Below are positions 9,437 to 17,213 of a DNA stretch of 64,000 nucleotides, in pieces. Both the position numbers and the translations under genes were made by a program. Under the pieces are notes generated by a model. The model did no database searches, had not been told where the DNA came from, and worked only from the letters and a program-made list of their open reading frames with translations. Positions within the stretch are counted from its first letter, which is position 1, and each line of letters begins with the position of its first letter. This DNA is from Clostridia bacterium (GTDB taxonomy: Bacteria > Bacillota > Clostridia > Christensenellales > Borkfalkiaceae): assembly GCA_017626135.1 (NCBI GenBank), contig JAGAJI010000029.1, positions 2,328 to 66,327 of the forward strand. The letters run 5' to 3'.

Positions 9437-10348
9437 ATGATAAGAAAGAAGTTTACGGTGGAGTCCGACTATGACGGACTCAAATTGCAGGGGATCGTCT
9501 ACGAACCCGACGGACAGCCCAAGGGCATCGTTCAACTCGTACATGGTATGTGCGAATACAAAAATTACTACGAACACGTGATGCAATTTTTTGCCTCTAA
9601 GGGGTATATTGCGGCGGGGCACGACCACCGCGGACACGGCGAGAGCGTGTTGCGGGAAGAGGACCTCGGCTGGTTCGGCGACGGGAGCGGCAAAGCGATC
9701 GTGGAGGATTGCGCGAAGGTCACGCGGTATCTGCGTTCCGAATACCCTGACCTGCCTTTGACTTTATACGGACACAGCATGGGTTCGATGGTGGTGCGCT
9801 GTTGCTTGCGTGAACACGACGATTTGATCGACAAGCTCATCGTCTGCGGCTCCCCTTCCTACAACCCGTTCACGCCGCCCGCCTTTTTGTTGCATAAGTG
9901 CATTACCTTATGCAAGGGAGAACGCCACAGAAGCAAAATGCTTGATGCTCTGTCGACGGGAAAGGGGGCGGAGAAACTCAAAAAGGAAAAGGGAGGCTCG
10001 TGGCTTACGAGGGACGAAGAGGTCGTGGCGAAAAAGGAAGCCGACCCTCGGTGCGCTTTCGTCTTTACCTGCAACGGGTTTGAAAATTTGCTCAATCTCA
10101 TGAAGTATACCTATCAAAAGAAAGGGTATCAGGTAAAAAACCCCGCCCTGCCCATTCATTTCGTTGCGGGGAGCGACGATATCATGATCGGAGACGAGCT
10201 CAAATGGTTCAAGGCGATCGAGTTCCTGCGCGGCGTCGGGTACGAAAACGTGTCGGGAAAACTGTACGAAGGTATGCGTCACGAAATTCACAACGAGCTT
10301 GGGAAAGAGGAAGTATTCGAGGACCTGCTGCGCTTTATCGAAGGGTGA
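9437..10348 (+). CDS. Alpha/beta hydrolase (lysophospholipase / monoacylglycerol-lipase-like)
   Basis: Nucleophile elbow GHSMGS, HGxxE motif HGMCEY, C-terminal HE...; 303 aa. Confidence 0.8.
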   Translation: MIRKKFTVESDYDGLKLQGIVYEPDGQPKGIVQLVHGMCEYKNYYEHVMQFFASKGYIAAGHDHRGHGESVLREEDLGWFGDGSGKAIVEDCAKVTRYLRSEYPDLPLTLYGHSMGSMVVRCCLREHDDLIDKLIVCGSPSYNPFTPPAFLLHKCITLCKGERHRSKMLDALSTGKGAEKLKKEKGGSWLTRDEEVVAKKEADPRCAFVFTCNGFENLLNLMKYTYQKKGYQVKNPALPIHFVAGSDDIMIGDELKWFKAIEFLRGVGYENVSGKLYEGMRHEIHNELGKEEVFEDLLRFIEG

Positions 10349-10363
10349 ATTTTATCCTGCGAA

Positions 10364-10384
10364 GGGGGCAGGTATGCGTTGAAC
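10364..10384 (+). repeat. Dispersed motif copy A: GGGGGCAGGTATGCGTTGAAC
   Basis: Lies 16 nt after the hydrolase stop codon. It contains an SD-like G-run plus ATG CGT TGA (M-R-stop). Confidence 0.9.
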
Positions 10385-10452
10385 GTAAAAAATGACGATG
10401 CCCGTATAATTCTTTTTTCTTGAAACATACTGCTTTCAGGAGGAAAAATTAT

Positions 10453-10683
10453 ATGCGTATCGTTAACATTATCGCTTACGTTCTCGTGATCGTCGGTGCC
10501 ATCAACTGGGGGCTCGTTGGGTTGTTTGATTTCAACTTCGTGTCCATGGTTTTCTCGGGCGTGCGCTCGGTTGGGTCGATCATCACCTATACCATTATCG
10601 CATTGGCGGCAATCTGGCTCATTCTTTCGCCTTTCATCACCGACGGCGTGCTGTGGCTGAAGAATCGCGCTGCTGCCGACTAA
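10453..10683 (+). CDS. DUF378-family small membrane protein
   Basis: AGGAGG lies 9 nt upstream of the ATG at 10453. MRIVNIIAYVLVIVGAINWGLVGLFDFNFV matches the DUF378 signature (INWGLVG). Confidence 0.8.
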   Translation: MRIVNIIAYVLVIVGAINWGLVGLFDFNFVSMVFSGVRSVGSIITYTIIALAAIWLILSPFITDGVLWLKNRAAAD

Positions 10684-10739
10684 ACGAAAACAACTTCAAA
10701 AACGGACTTTTCGGAGAGAAAAGCCCGTTTTTACTTTAC

Positions 10740-10920
10740 GGCTCTGTCACATCACTCGGTTGATTTTTGACGGAAAAATACTGCGAAATACTGCGTATTT
10801 TGCTCAGTTACAGACCGCCGAGAGTATGCGCCTTCGCAAAATGCTTGTCTTTCTTGCATTTTTCTCGTCAATTCGCCGAAAAAAATTTCAGCTAAATCAA
10901 CCGTTCTCTGTGACACAGCC
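10740..10920. repeat. MITE-like / structured element bounded by ~27-bp imperfect inverted repeats
   Basis: Left end GGCTCTGTCACATCACTCGGTTGATTT (10740-10766). Reverse complement of the right end is GGCTGTGTCACAGAGAACGGTTGATTT (10894-10920). 21/27 positions match. There is an internal perfect tandem AAATACTGCG x2 (10776-10795). TTACTTT occurs next to both ends. Confidence 0.4.
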
Positions 10921-10941
10921 TTACTTTTTTCTTTCAAAATG

Positions 10942-10970
10942 TTGACAAACGAAAAACTCCGTTGTATAAT
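10942..10970 (+). promoter_or_regulatory. Sigma-A promoter of lemA operon
   Basis: TTGACA (10942-10947), a 17-nt spacer, TATAAT (10965-10970). Confidence 0.65.
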
Positions 10971-11027
10971 ATATATACTATTCTATTAAGGAAGTCCGCA
11001 AAGAACGGATTTCAAAAGGAGAAGATT

Positions 11028-11636
11028 ATGTTAAACTCTTTACTTTTTAACTGGGGGTTATTCCTCGGTATCCTCATTCCCAGCGTCGTGATCGCGGGGC
11101 TTGTCATCGGGGTCGTAGGTTGGTGGATCAAGACCCGTAACGACTTCGTGCGATTGAAGAACAAGGTGGAAGAAGCGTGGGCGACCATCGACGTGTACCT
11201 CAAAAAGCGTTTCGACCTCATTCCCAACCTCGTGGAGACGGTGAAAGGATACGCAAAGCATGAAAGTCAGACGTTGGAAAACGTCATTGCGGCACGTAAT
11301 ATCGCGGGCAACGCCAAGACGGTGGAAGAAAAAGCGCAGGCGGCAAACAATCTGACCTCTTCCTTGCGCGCCCTCTTCAATATGGTGATGGAAAGCTATC
11401 CGCAGTTGCAGGCAAACAGCAACTTCACCGATTTGCAGAACCAGCTCAAGGGTTTGGAATCCGAGCTTGAATCCGCACGTAGATACTACAACGGCAACGT
11501 CAAGACCTTCAACACCAAGATCGAACTCTTCCCCGAAAATATCGTGGCGAAGCGCATGGGCGAAGAATACACGAAGAAACCCTACTTCGAACTTGACAGC
11601 GAAGAAGAACGCAAAAACGTCAAGGTCTCCTTCTAA
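11028..11636 (+). CDS. lemA: LemA family protein
   Basis: AAGGAG precedes the ATG at 11028. One N-terminal TM helix. Typical LemA core: WATIDVYLKKRFDLIPNLVETVKGYAKHE...LRALFNMVMESYPQLQAN. Confidence 0.9.
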   Translation: MLNSLLFNWGLFLGILIPSVVIAGLVIGVVGWWIKTRNDFVRLKNKVEEAWATIDVYLKKRFDLIPNLVETVKGYAKHESQTLENVIAARNIAGNAKTVEEKAQAANNLTSSLRALFNMVMESYPQLQANSNFTDLQNQLKGLESELESARRYYNGNVKTFNTKIELFPENIVAKRMGEEYTKKPYFELDSEEERKNVKVSF

Positions 11637-11640
11637 GGCA

Positions 11641-13641
11641 ATGAAAAGGAGAGTTTGGGCGCGCTTCAAGCGCGCGGCGGCGCTCCTTGCCGTGGTGCTC
11701 GTATGCCTGTCCTGTACGCTGTTTGGTGGGGGCAGGTATGCGTTGAATACCATTTCCGCATATGCATATGCGGAGAGCGGAGACTATATCGCGATTCACA
11801 AGTACGATTTGGAGATGACCGTGCGTGAGGATCGAAAGATCGAGGTGGAAGAGCATATCACCGTGGAATTCCTGCGGCAATATAACGCCTACATGGAGGA
11901 CATTACGATGTTCTACCGCTCTCTGCCCATCGAAGGTGCGCGGTATTCGAAAATCAAGGCGAGCTGTGCAGGGAACGACGCGTTCGTCTACTACGTGGAA
12001 GACAATCCCGACGACAGCTCCTTCGTGGATATCTGTTGCGTGGGGAACGCGGATAAGGGCAAGACCTGGACGTACGATATTTCCTACCTCATGGAGCAGA
12101 ATACCGACAATAAGGAAAACGGCATGATTATCGACATCGTCGGGTTCGGCTGGACGGTGGCACTCCACGACGTGACGGTGCAGGTACATTTGCCTGCCGC
12201 CGTTCAGGCATCCGATTATCGCGTACATACGGATATCTTCGGCGTGAGCAACGCCAACGAAGTGACCCATTCCCTGTCTGCGGACGGTAAGACGATCACC
12301 ATGTCGGCGGAAGTTTTGAGACAGGGGTACAGCGGCTATTACGACGAATACGTGACGGGCGGTATTACCTTGGAGTTTGCTCTGCCCGAAGGCACGCTGG
12401 ACAATTATCTGGCGACCCGCATTTTCACCGCGGAGTTTTTCTGGATCTTGCTCGGTTCGGTCGGAGCGGTGGTGCTCGCGTTCGTGCTTCGCAATTTTGC
12501 GAAGTCGAACAGAGAGCTCGTCACGGTGGTCAACATCAAAGCGCCCGACATGATGGATCCTCTCAAAATGGGGAAATTGTTGGACGGCTCGGTGGATAAC
12601 GAGGATATCACCTCGATGATCTACTATTTTGCGAACAAGGGATATCTGCGGATCGATTTGTCCGACGAGAACGACCCCGAGCTCATCAGTCGCGTGCTCT
12701 GTTTGCCTGACTCGGAGCCCGTATACGCCAAGACGCTCTTTCAGGGATTGTTCGAAAATGGGCGCGTGATCGACGGCGGATTGCTCAAAGCTGCACGCAT
12801 TTCGGAGCTGGTCGGGCCCTTCTACGATAAGATGCAGCAAGCCAAGTTGCAAGTGCCCAAGAACCCTACCATGTACGAGACGAAGTCCGTTTGGGGGTAT
12901 ATCGGCGGCTGTGCGCTCGCCGTGCTTTTGGGATTTTTGACCTGCCTTTTTATGAGCAAACGCCTGCACGGCAGCTATAATTACTTTTTGGGCGTCGTGT
13001 TCGCCTTGCCCGTTCTTATCATCGGCGTGATGGGCTATATGAGCGAAAATTATCGCTATAAATGGAAACCCAAGCAACAGCGGGGAATGTTGCTCGGGCA
13101 GATCGCGATCGCCGCGGTGGCGTCCCTTCTGTTCGCCTGGCTGTTCGCCGGATTTATCATGACGCCGTCCGAAAAGCTTGCGCTCTGCGTGGGCGTGTTC
13201 TGCACGTGCTTTACGACGCGCGGCGTACTTTCCCGTACGGAGGAGTACGACAAAATACTCGGCGATATCCTCGGATTTAAGGATTTCATCGTCGTGACGG
13301 AAGAGGATAAAATCAAATTCATGCTTGAAGAAAATCCCGAGTTGTATTATAAGATACTGCCCTACGCGCAGGTGCTCGGGGTGACGGACGAGTGGGAGAG
13401 CAAATTTGAAAAGATCACCGTGCAACCGCCCGAATGGTGCTCGGGTTCTTCGCTGTCGACGTTCGATTATTATCTGATCTATCGTTGCATACACCGCGCG
13501 ATGATGCGGGAAATCGCCAAGGAGTTGGCGAGAAGAAACGACAACGGCGGCGGTGGTCACGTCGGTCACAGCGGCGGTGGCGGAAGCTTCGGTGGTTTCG
13601 GCGGCGGCGGCTTCGGCGGCGGTGGCGGCGGAGCAAGATAA
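11641..13641 (+). CDS. DUF2207-domain membrane protein (LemA partner)
   Basis: ATG at 11641 sits right after the lemA stop. It has a signal/TM, a large extracytoplasmic domain, several TM helices and a Gly-rich tail GGGGHVGHSGGGGSFGGFGGGGFGGGGGGAR typical of DUF2207. Confidence 0.85.
   Translation: MKRRVWARFKRAAALLAVVLVCLSCTLFGGGRYALNTISAYAYAESGDYIAIHKYDLEMTVREDRKIEVEEHITVEFLRQYNAYMEDITMFYRSLPIEGARYSKIKASCAGNDAFVYYVEDNPDDSSFVDICCVGNADKGKTWTYDISYLMEQNTDNKENGMIIDIVGFGWTVALHDVTVQVHLPAAVQASDYRVHTDIFGVSNANEVTHSLSADGKTITMSAEVLRQGYSGYYDEYVTGGITLEFALPEGTLDNYLATRIFTAEFFWILLGSVGAVVLAFVLRNFAKSNRELVTVVNIKAPDMMDPLKMGKLLDGSVDNEDITSMIYYFANKGYLRIDLSDENDPELISRVLCLPDSEPVYAKTLFQGLFENGRVIDGGLLKAARISELVGPFYDKMQQAKLQVPKNPTMYETKSVWGYIGGCALAVLLGFLTCLFMSKRLHGSYNYFLGVVFALPVLIIGVMGYMSENYRYKWKPKQQRGMLLGQIAIAAVASLLFAWLFAGFIMTPSEKLALCVGVFCTCFTTRGVLSRTEEYDKILGDILGFKDFIVVTEEDKIKFMLEENPELYYKILPYAQVLGVTDEWESKFEKITVQPPEWCSGSSLSTFDYYLIYRCIHRAMMREIAKELARRNDNGGGGHVGHSGGGGSFGGFGGGGFGGGGGGAR
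11728..11748 (+). repeat. Dispersed motif copy B: GGGGGCAGGTATGCGTTGAAT (inside CDS)
   Basis: Matches copy A at 20/21 positions. It lies within the DUF2207 signal region (encodes GGGRYALN). Confidence 0.9.
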
Positions 13642-13654
13642 TGCTTCAAAAGTG

Positions 13655-13685
13655 AACGCGTCGGTGAAAACCGACGCGTTTTTAT
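13655..13685 (+). terminator. Rho-independent terminator after DUF2207 gene
   Basis: AACGCGTCGG-tgaaaa-CCGACGCGTT followed by TTTTT. Confidence 0.85.
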
Positions 13686-13781
13686 GCGACTTACATTTTG
13701 CATTTTGCATGGGCGAACGTAAGAAAAGGGATAGATCCTCCGCGTTGCGTAGGCAACGCGGCGGATCTTTTTACTTTGCAA

Positions 13782-14402
13782 TTATTTCAGATTTTTTATT
13801 TCCGCCTGCAAAAGCTCCAAGAACCTCGCGACGTGTTTCCCGTCCATCTGCGTGTGGTGAAATTGCATGGAGATGGGGAGCAGGTATTTGATGAACTTCT
13901 TTTTGTACCTCCCCCAAACGAGGAAAGGATTGTTGTAAATACCCGAATAGAGGTTGACGGCGCAATCGATTTCCGTGCCGACGACGGCGGAAGTTCCGAT
14001 GATATTATACTCCTCGCCAAGGGCGTAGCCCTCGCCCGTCTCCTGCGTGCGTTTGGTGATGGACAGGTAACTTTCGTTGAATTTCGCCAAATCCCCGTCG
14101 AAGGGGATATCGCAATTCTCGATGCCGCCCCCTCGCAAGGACACGATGACGTTGATGGCAAGCTTATCGAATTGCCAGAGCTTGCCGTCCTTTGCGAGCA
14201 GGTAGAACTCGTCGATTTGCGATGCGGCCTTCCCGATCAGGTAGCAAAGGAGCATATTCAGTTTGAGCCCCTTCCGTTTGCTGCATCTGACGACGGGGGT
14301 AATATCGAAGGTCTTGACGAGCGTGACCATGGGCATGGGTGCGTTCATCCACAGCTCGAACGCTTTGGCACGGTTGGTTTTCGTGGGATCTAATTCTCTC
14401 AT
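13782..14402 (-). CDS. Chloramphenicol O-acetyltransferase (type A CAT) family protein
   Basis: 206 aa. The N-terminus ...RAKAFELWMNAPMPMVTLVKTFDIT and the catalytic-region motif SMQFHHTQMDGKHVARFLELLQ resemble the HHAVCDG(F/Y)H block of CAT enzymes. Confidence 0.7.
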   Translation of the reverse strand: MRELDPTKTNRAKAFELWMNAPMPMVTLVKTFDITPVVRCSKRKGLKLNMLLCYLIGKAASQIDEFYLLAKDGKLWQFDKLAINVIVSLRGGGIENCDIPFDGDLAKFNESYLSITKRTQETGEGYALGEEYNIIGTSAVVGTEIDCAVNLYSGIYNNPFLVWGRYKKKFIKYLLPISMQFHHTQMDGKHVARFLELLQAEIKNLK

Positions 14403-14414
14403 AGCGTGTTTACT

Positions 14415-14449
14415 CCGAAAAGAAAGGGGATTTGGATTCCAAATCCCCC
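14415..14449 (-). terminator. Rho-independent terminator of the YegP-repeat gene
   Basis: GGGGATTTGG-att-CCAAATCCCC, with a U-run on the minus strand (plus-strand GAAAAGAAA). Confidence 0.75.
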
Positions 14450-14465
14450 GAAGGTATTGCGCGGT

Positions 14466-15833
14466 TTATTGCATTAAGTCGGGATCGGTGAGGACGGGTG
14501 CGTCGGCGGCATACACTTTGAGAACGTCCACCGCGTATTCGCAAAGGCGCTTGGTCCTGTAATGATCGCCCAGACACAAAATCTGTCCGTTGCCGTTCAG
14601 AAGTTTGTAAGTGTAATCCCCCTGCTTGGTGAGCGAGATGCGGAAGTTGCCGTTTTTAATATTCGTCTTATGCGTCTGAATGCTGTTGATCGTGCCGACG
14701 TAGGAGGTGTAGTCCTCGCTCATCAGCAAACATTCCTCTTTTTCGGAGAACAGCTCGAAATAGTACGCGCGTTCCCCGTTTTCCAACGTGCGGCAGTCGA
14801 TGACCCACTTGCCCTTGTGCCCGTCGGGAAGGGGAGGGAGAACCTCGTCCGTCTCCTCGGGGACTTTCACGACGACGTCCTGAATGTTTTCGTCGATAAA
14901 GGCGGTACGGGCAAAACGCTTGATGCTTTCCACCGCCTGTTCGCATTCCGCTTTCGTGGGATAGGAATTGCCCATGCAAAGGAGCATACCCTTGCCGCTC
15001 AAAAGCTTGAAGGTGTAGCCGCCGTTTTGGGTGGGCAGGATGCGGAAGTGGTTGCGCAACACGTTGGACTTATGCGTTTCTATGCCGCGCAGGGCGCTAT
15101 TATAGCTCGTGTATTCTTCGCTGGAAAGGAGCTGTTCGCCCTTGGTGGAGCGAAGCTCGAAAAAGAAAGCGTCTTCGTTGGCGGAGTCGCCGATCACCAC
15201 GCGGCAAATTGCCCATTTCCCGCTGTAACGCGCCATTTTGTCCAATTCGTCTTCTTCGTAAAAATCGATTTCCGTGTTGATGTCTTTCAGTTCGTCAAGT
15301 AGCATAACGTCCTCCTTATCAGTCGTTTTTATAGTTTCTTCTTGTTCCTGACTGCTCGTTTCGATTTCTTCCGTATTTTCCGGTTTTTCTTCCGCAACCG
15401 TCTCTTGCGCGGGTTCCTTCGTACTCTCTTCCGTGCGCTCTTCCGTGGATTCTTCCGTTTCGGTGGGAATTTCCACGGGCTCTTCCGCAGGTTCTTCCAC
15501 GGGCTCTACCGTAGGCTCTTCCGCAGGTTCTTCCGTAGGCTCTTCCACGGATTCTTCTTTGGGAATTTCGACGGGGTTCTCAACCGTTTCTTCAACCGTT
15601 TCTTCAATCGTTTCTTCAACCGTTTCCACGGGGTTTTCCGTAGGTTCCGTTGCGGGGGAAGTCCTTTCCTGTGCTTGGTTTGGGGACGTCTTTTTGCCTT
15701 TCACGCCGACGACGATGAGCGCAACGACGGCGCCGAGGATCAAAAGGGCGATTCCGACGAGTACTGCGGCGTGGAAGGGCGTTTCCACGCAATACGCGAC
15801 GACGGCATCAAATAACGCTTTTAATTGTTCCAT
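14466..15833 (-). CDS. Membrane-anchored protein with acidic E/P/T/V linker and four YegP/DUF1508-like repeats
   Basis: N-terminal TM (AAVLVGIALLILGAVVALIVVGV followed by KGKK). An acidic low-complexity stretch of about 110 aa. Two pairs of repeats of the type GKW.I......FFELRS.KGE.LL.SE.YTSY..A..GI.T.K.N. Confidence 0.7.
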   Translation of the reverse strand: MEQLKALFDAVVAYCVETPFHAAVLVGIALLILGAVVALIVVGVKGKKTSPNQAQERTSPATEPTENPVETVEETIEETVEETVENPVEIPKEESVEEPTEEPAEEPTVEPVEEPAEEPVEIPTETEESTEERTEESTKEPAQETVAEEKPENTEEIETSSQEQEETIKTTDKEDVMLLDELKDINTEIDFYEEDELDKMARYSGKWAICRVVIGDSANEDAFFFELRSTKGEQLLSSEEYTSYNSALRGIETHKSNVLRNHFRILPTQNGGYTFKLLSGKGMLLCMGNSYPTKAECEQAVESIKRFARTAFIDENIQDVVVKVPEETDEVLPPLPDGHKGKWVIDCRTLENGERAYYFELFSEKEECLLMSEDYTSYVGTINSIQTHKTNIKNGNFRISLTKQGDYTYKLLNGNGQILCLGDHYRTKRLCEYAVDVLKVYAADAPVLTDPDLMQ

Positions 15834-15986
15834 GTTTCCTGATTCATTCTCCTTCTATGATGAAAACTTTTCTTATCGTTAATATTTTAACATAAATTTC
15901 GAAAAAAGTCAAGACGGATAGGAAAAATTTCTTATCAATTTTTCAAAAAAATTGACTTTTTACGGAAAAAGGAGTACAATGGATTT

Positions 15987-17195
15987 ATGGAAAAAATCGA
16001 AGTAGCAATCATAGGCGGCGGAGCCTCGGGGCTCTTTCTTGCAAACGCGTTGGCGGACGGCAAAAGGGCGGTCGTGTTCGAACGCGGCGAACGGGTGGGG
16101 AGAAAGCTCTCCGCGACGGGAAACGGGCAGGGGAATATCACCAACCTCGCCGCCGATACAACGGAATATTTTTGCGTGGATGAACGCTCGAAGGAGAAGA
16201 TCGCGCAGATTATTCGCGCGGCGGATCAGAAGCGTTTGACGGCGGAATTCCGCGCGTTGGGCGTTTTGCTCCAAGCGGACGAACGGGGCAGGGTATATCC
16301 TGCCGGTAAGCAGGCTTCCGCCCTTACGGACGCCCTGCGGTTTTCGCTTGCGCAAAAGGGAGTAGAGACGCGTTTGAACGCGCGCATCGTGCACGTGGAG
16401 AAGTCGGACGGGGGATTTGTCCTCACCGCGGAAGTGGGGACGGAGAAGAAAATCGAACGCGTTTTTGCGCAGTCCGTCGTCCTCTGCGCAGGGGGCAAGG
16501 CGGCAAAGAACTTTGGAACGGACGGTTCGGCGTATGCGCTTGCGAAAAATTTCGGGCATACGGTGACCCCCCTCTATCCTTCCCTCGTACAGCTCAAAAC
16601 GGAGACGGCGTACACGAAAACGCTCAAGGGGATTCGCGTCGCGGACGGCGGGTTGACGGCGATTGCGGGGCGGGAAAGGCTCGCCTTGCGCGGCGATATC
16701 ATCTTTACCGATTACGGCGTTTCGGGGGATGCGACGTTCCGTATCTCGGCGTTCGTTGCGGACAAGTTGGAGGCGGGCGTGACGCTTTCTATCGACTTTT
16801 TGCCCGACGTGTCGGAGAGAGAGATTTTGGCGATGATGGAGCGCAAACGGGCGGCGTTCCCTGCGCTCGGCGACGGGGAATTGCTCTTTGGGATTTTGAA
16901 TAATCAAGTGGGCAGAGCCGTGATGAAACGCGCCGACGGGCGCATGGAAGGGGCGGCGAAGCTCGTGAAAGACTTCCGCTTGCCCGTGACGGGGAACCTC
17001 GGTTTCGACTACGCGCAGGTCACGAAAGGGGGGATTCCCCTTGCGGAGACGGACGACGGTTTGCAGAGCCGTTTGGTACCCGGGCTGTATTTCGCCGGGG
17101 AAATTCTGGACGTAGACGGGCCGTGCGGCGGCTTTAACCTGCAATGGGCGTACGCCTCCGCGGCGCGCGTCGCAAGCGTAATAAATGAAAAATGA
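15987..17195 (+). CDS. HI0933/BaiN-like NAD(P)/FAD-dependent oxidoreductase
   Basis: N-terminal dinucleotide fold VAIIGGGASGLF. C-terminal ...GLYFAGEILDVDGPCGGFNLQWAYASA is typical of the HI0933 family. Confidence 0.85.
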   Translation: MEKIEVAIIGGGASGLFLANALADGKRAVVFERGERVGRKLSATGNGQGNITNLAADTTEYFCVDERSKEKIAQIIRAADQKRLTAEFRALGVLLQADERGRVYPAGKQASALTDALRFSLAQKGVETRLNARIVHVEKSDGGFVLTAEVGTEKKIERVFAQSVVLCAGGKAAKNFGTDGSAYALAKNFGHTVTPLYPSLVQLKTETAYTKTLKGIRVADGGLTAIAGRERLALRGDIIFTDYGVSGDATFRISAFVADKLEAGVTLSIDFLPDVSEREILAMMERKRAAFPALGDGELLFGILNNQVGRAVMKRADGRMEGAAKLVKDFRLPVTGNLGFDYAQVTKGGIPLAETDDGLQSRLVPGLYFAGEILDVDGPCGGFNLQWAYASAARVASVINEK

Positions 17196-17196
17196 G

Positions 17197-17213
17197 GGGG
17201 GCAGGTATGCGTT
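17197..17213 (+). repeat. Dispersed motif copy C: GGGGGCAGGTATGCGTT (used as a real translation initiation region)
   Basis: Starts directly after the TGA at 17193-17195. Its ATG (17207) is the start codon of the next flavoprotein gene. Confidence 0.9.

Noticed and set aside
10752-10945. Two mutually overlapping 61-aa ORFs (10752-10937 minus, 10760-10945 plus)
   Set aside because: They have no SD, overlap each other on opposite strands and sit inside the inverted-repeat element. They are most likely non-coding.
11467-11640. Upstream extension of the DUF2207 ORF overlapping lemA; similar 5' extensions exist in the track ORFs at 10420, 10962, 39876, 40807, 45408, 46415, 51025 and 29653
   Set aside because: The extensions lack SD sites, overlap upstream genes or lie in AT-rich promoter DNA. 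Internal ATGs with AGGAGG-type SDs give N-termini typical of the respective families or signal peptides.
15975-15989. Leaderless mRNA for the HI0933-like gene (TACAAT at 15975-80, 6 nt before ATG 15987)
   Set aside because: An AAGGAG at 15969-74 could equally serve as the SD for the same ATG if transcription starts further upstream. The two cannot be distinguished without TSS data.
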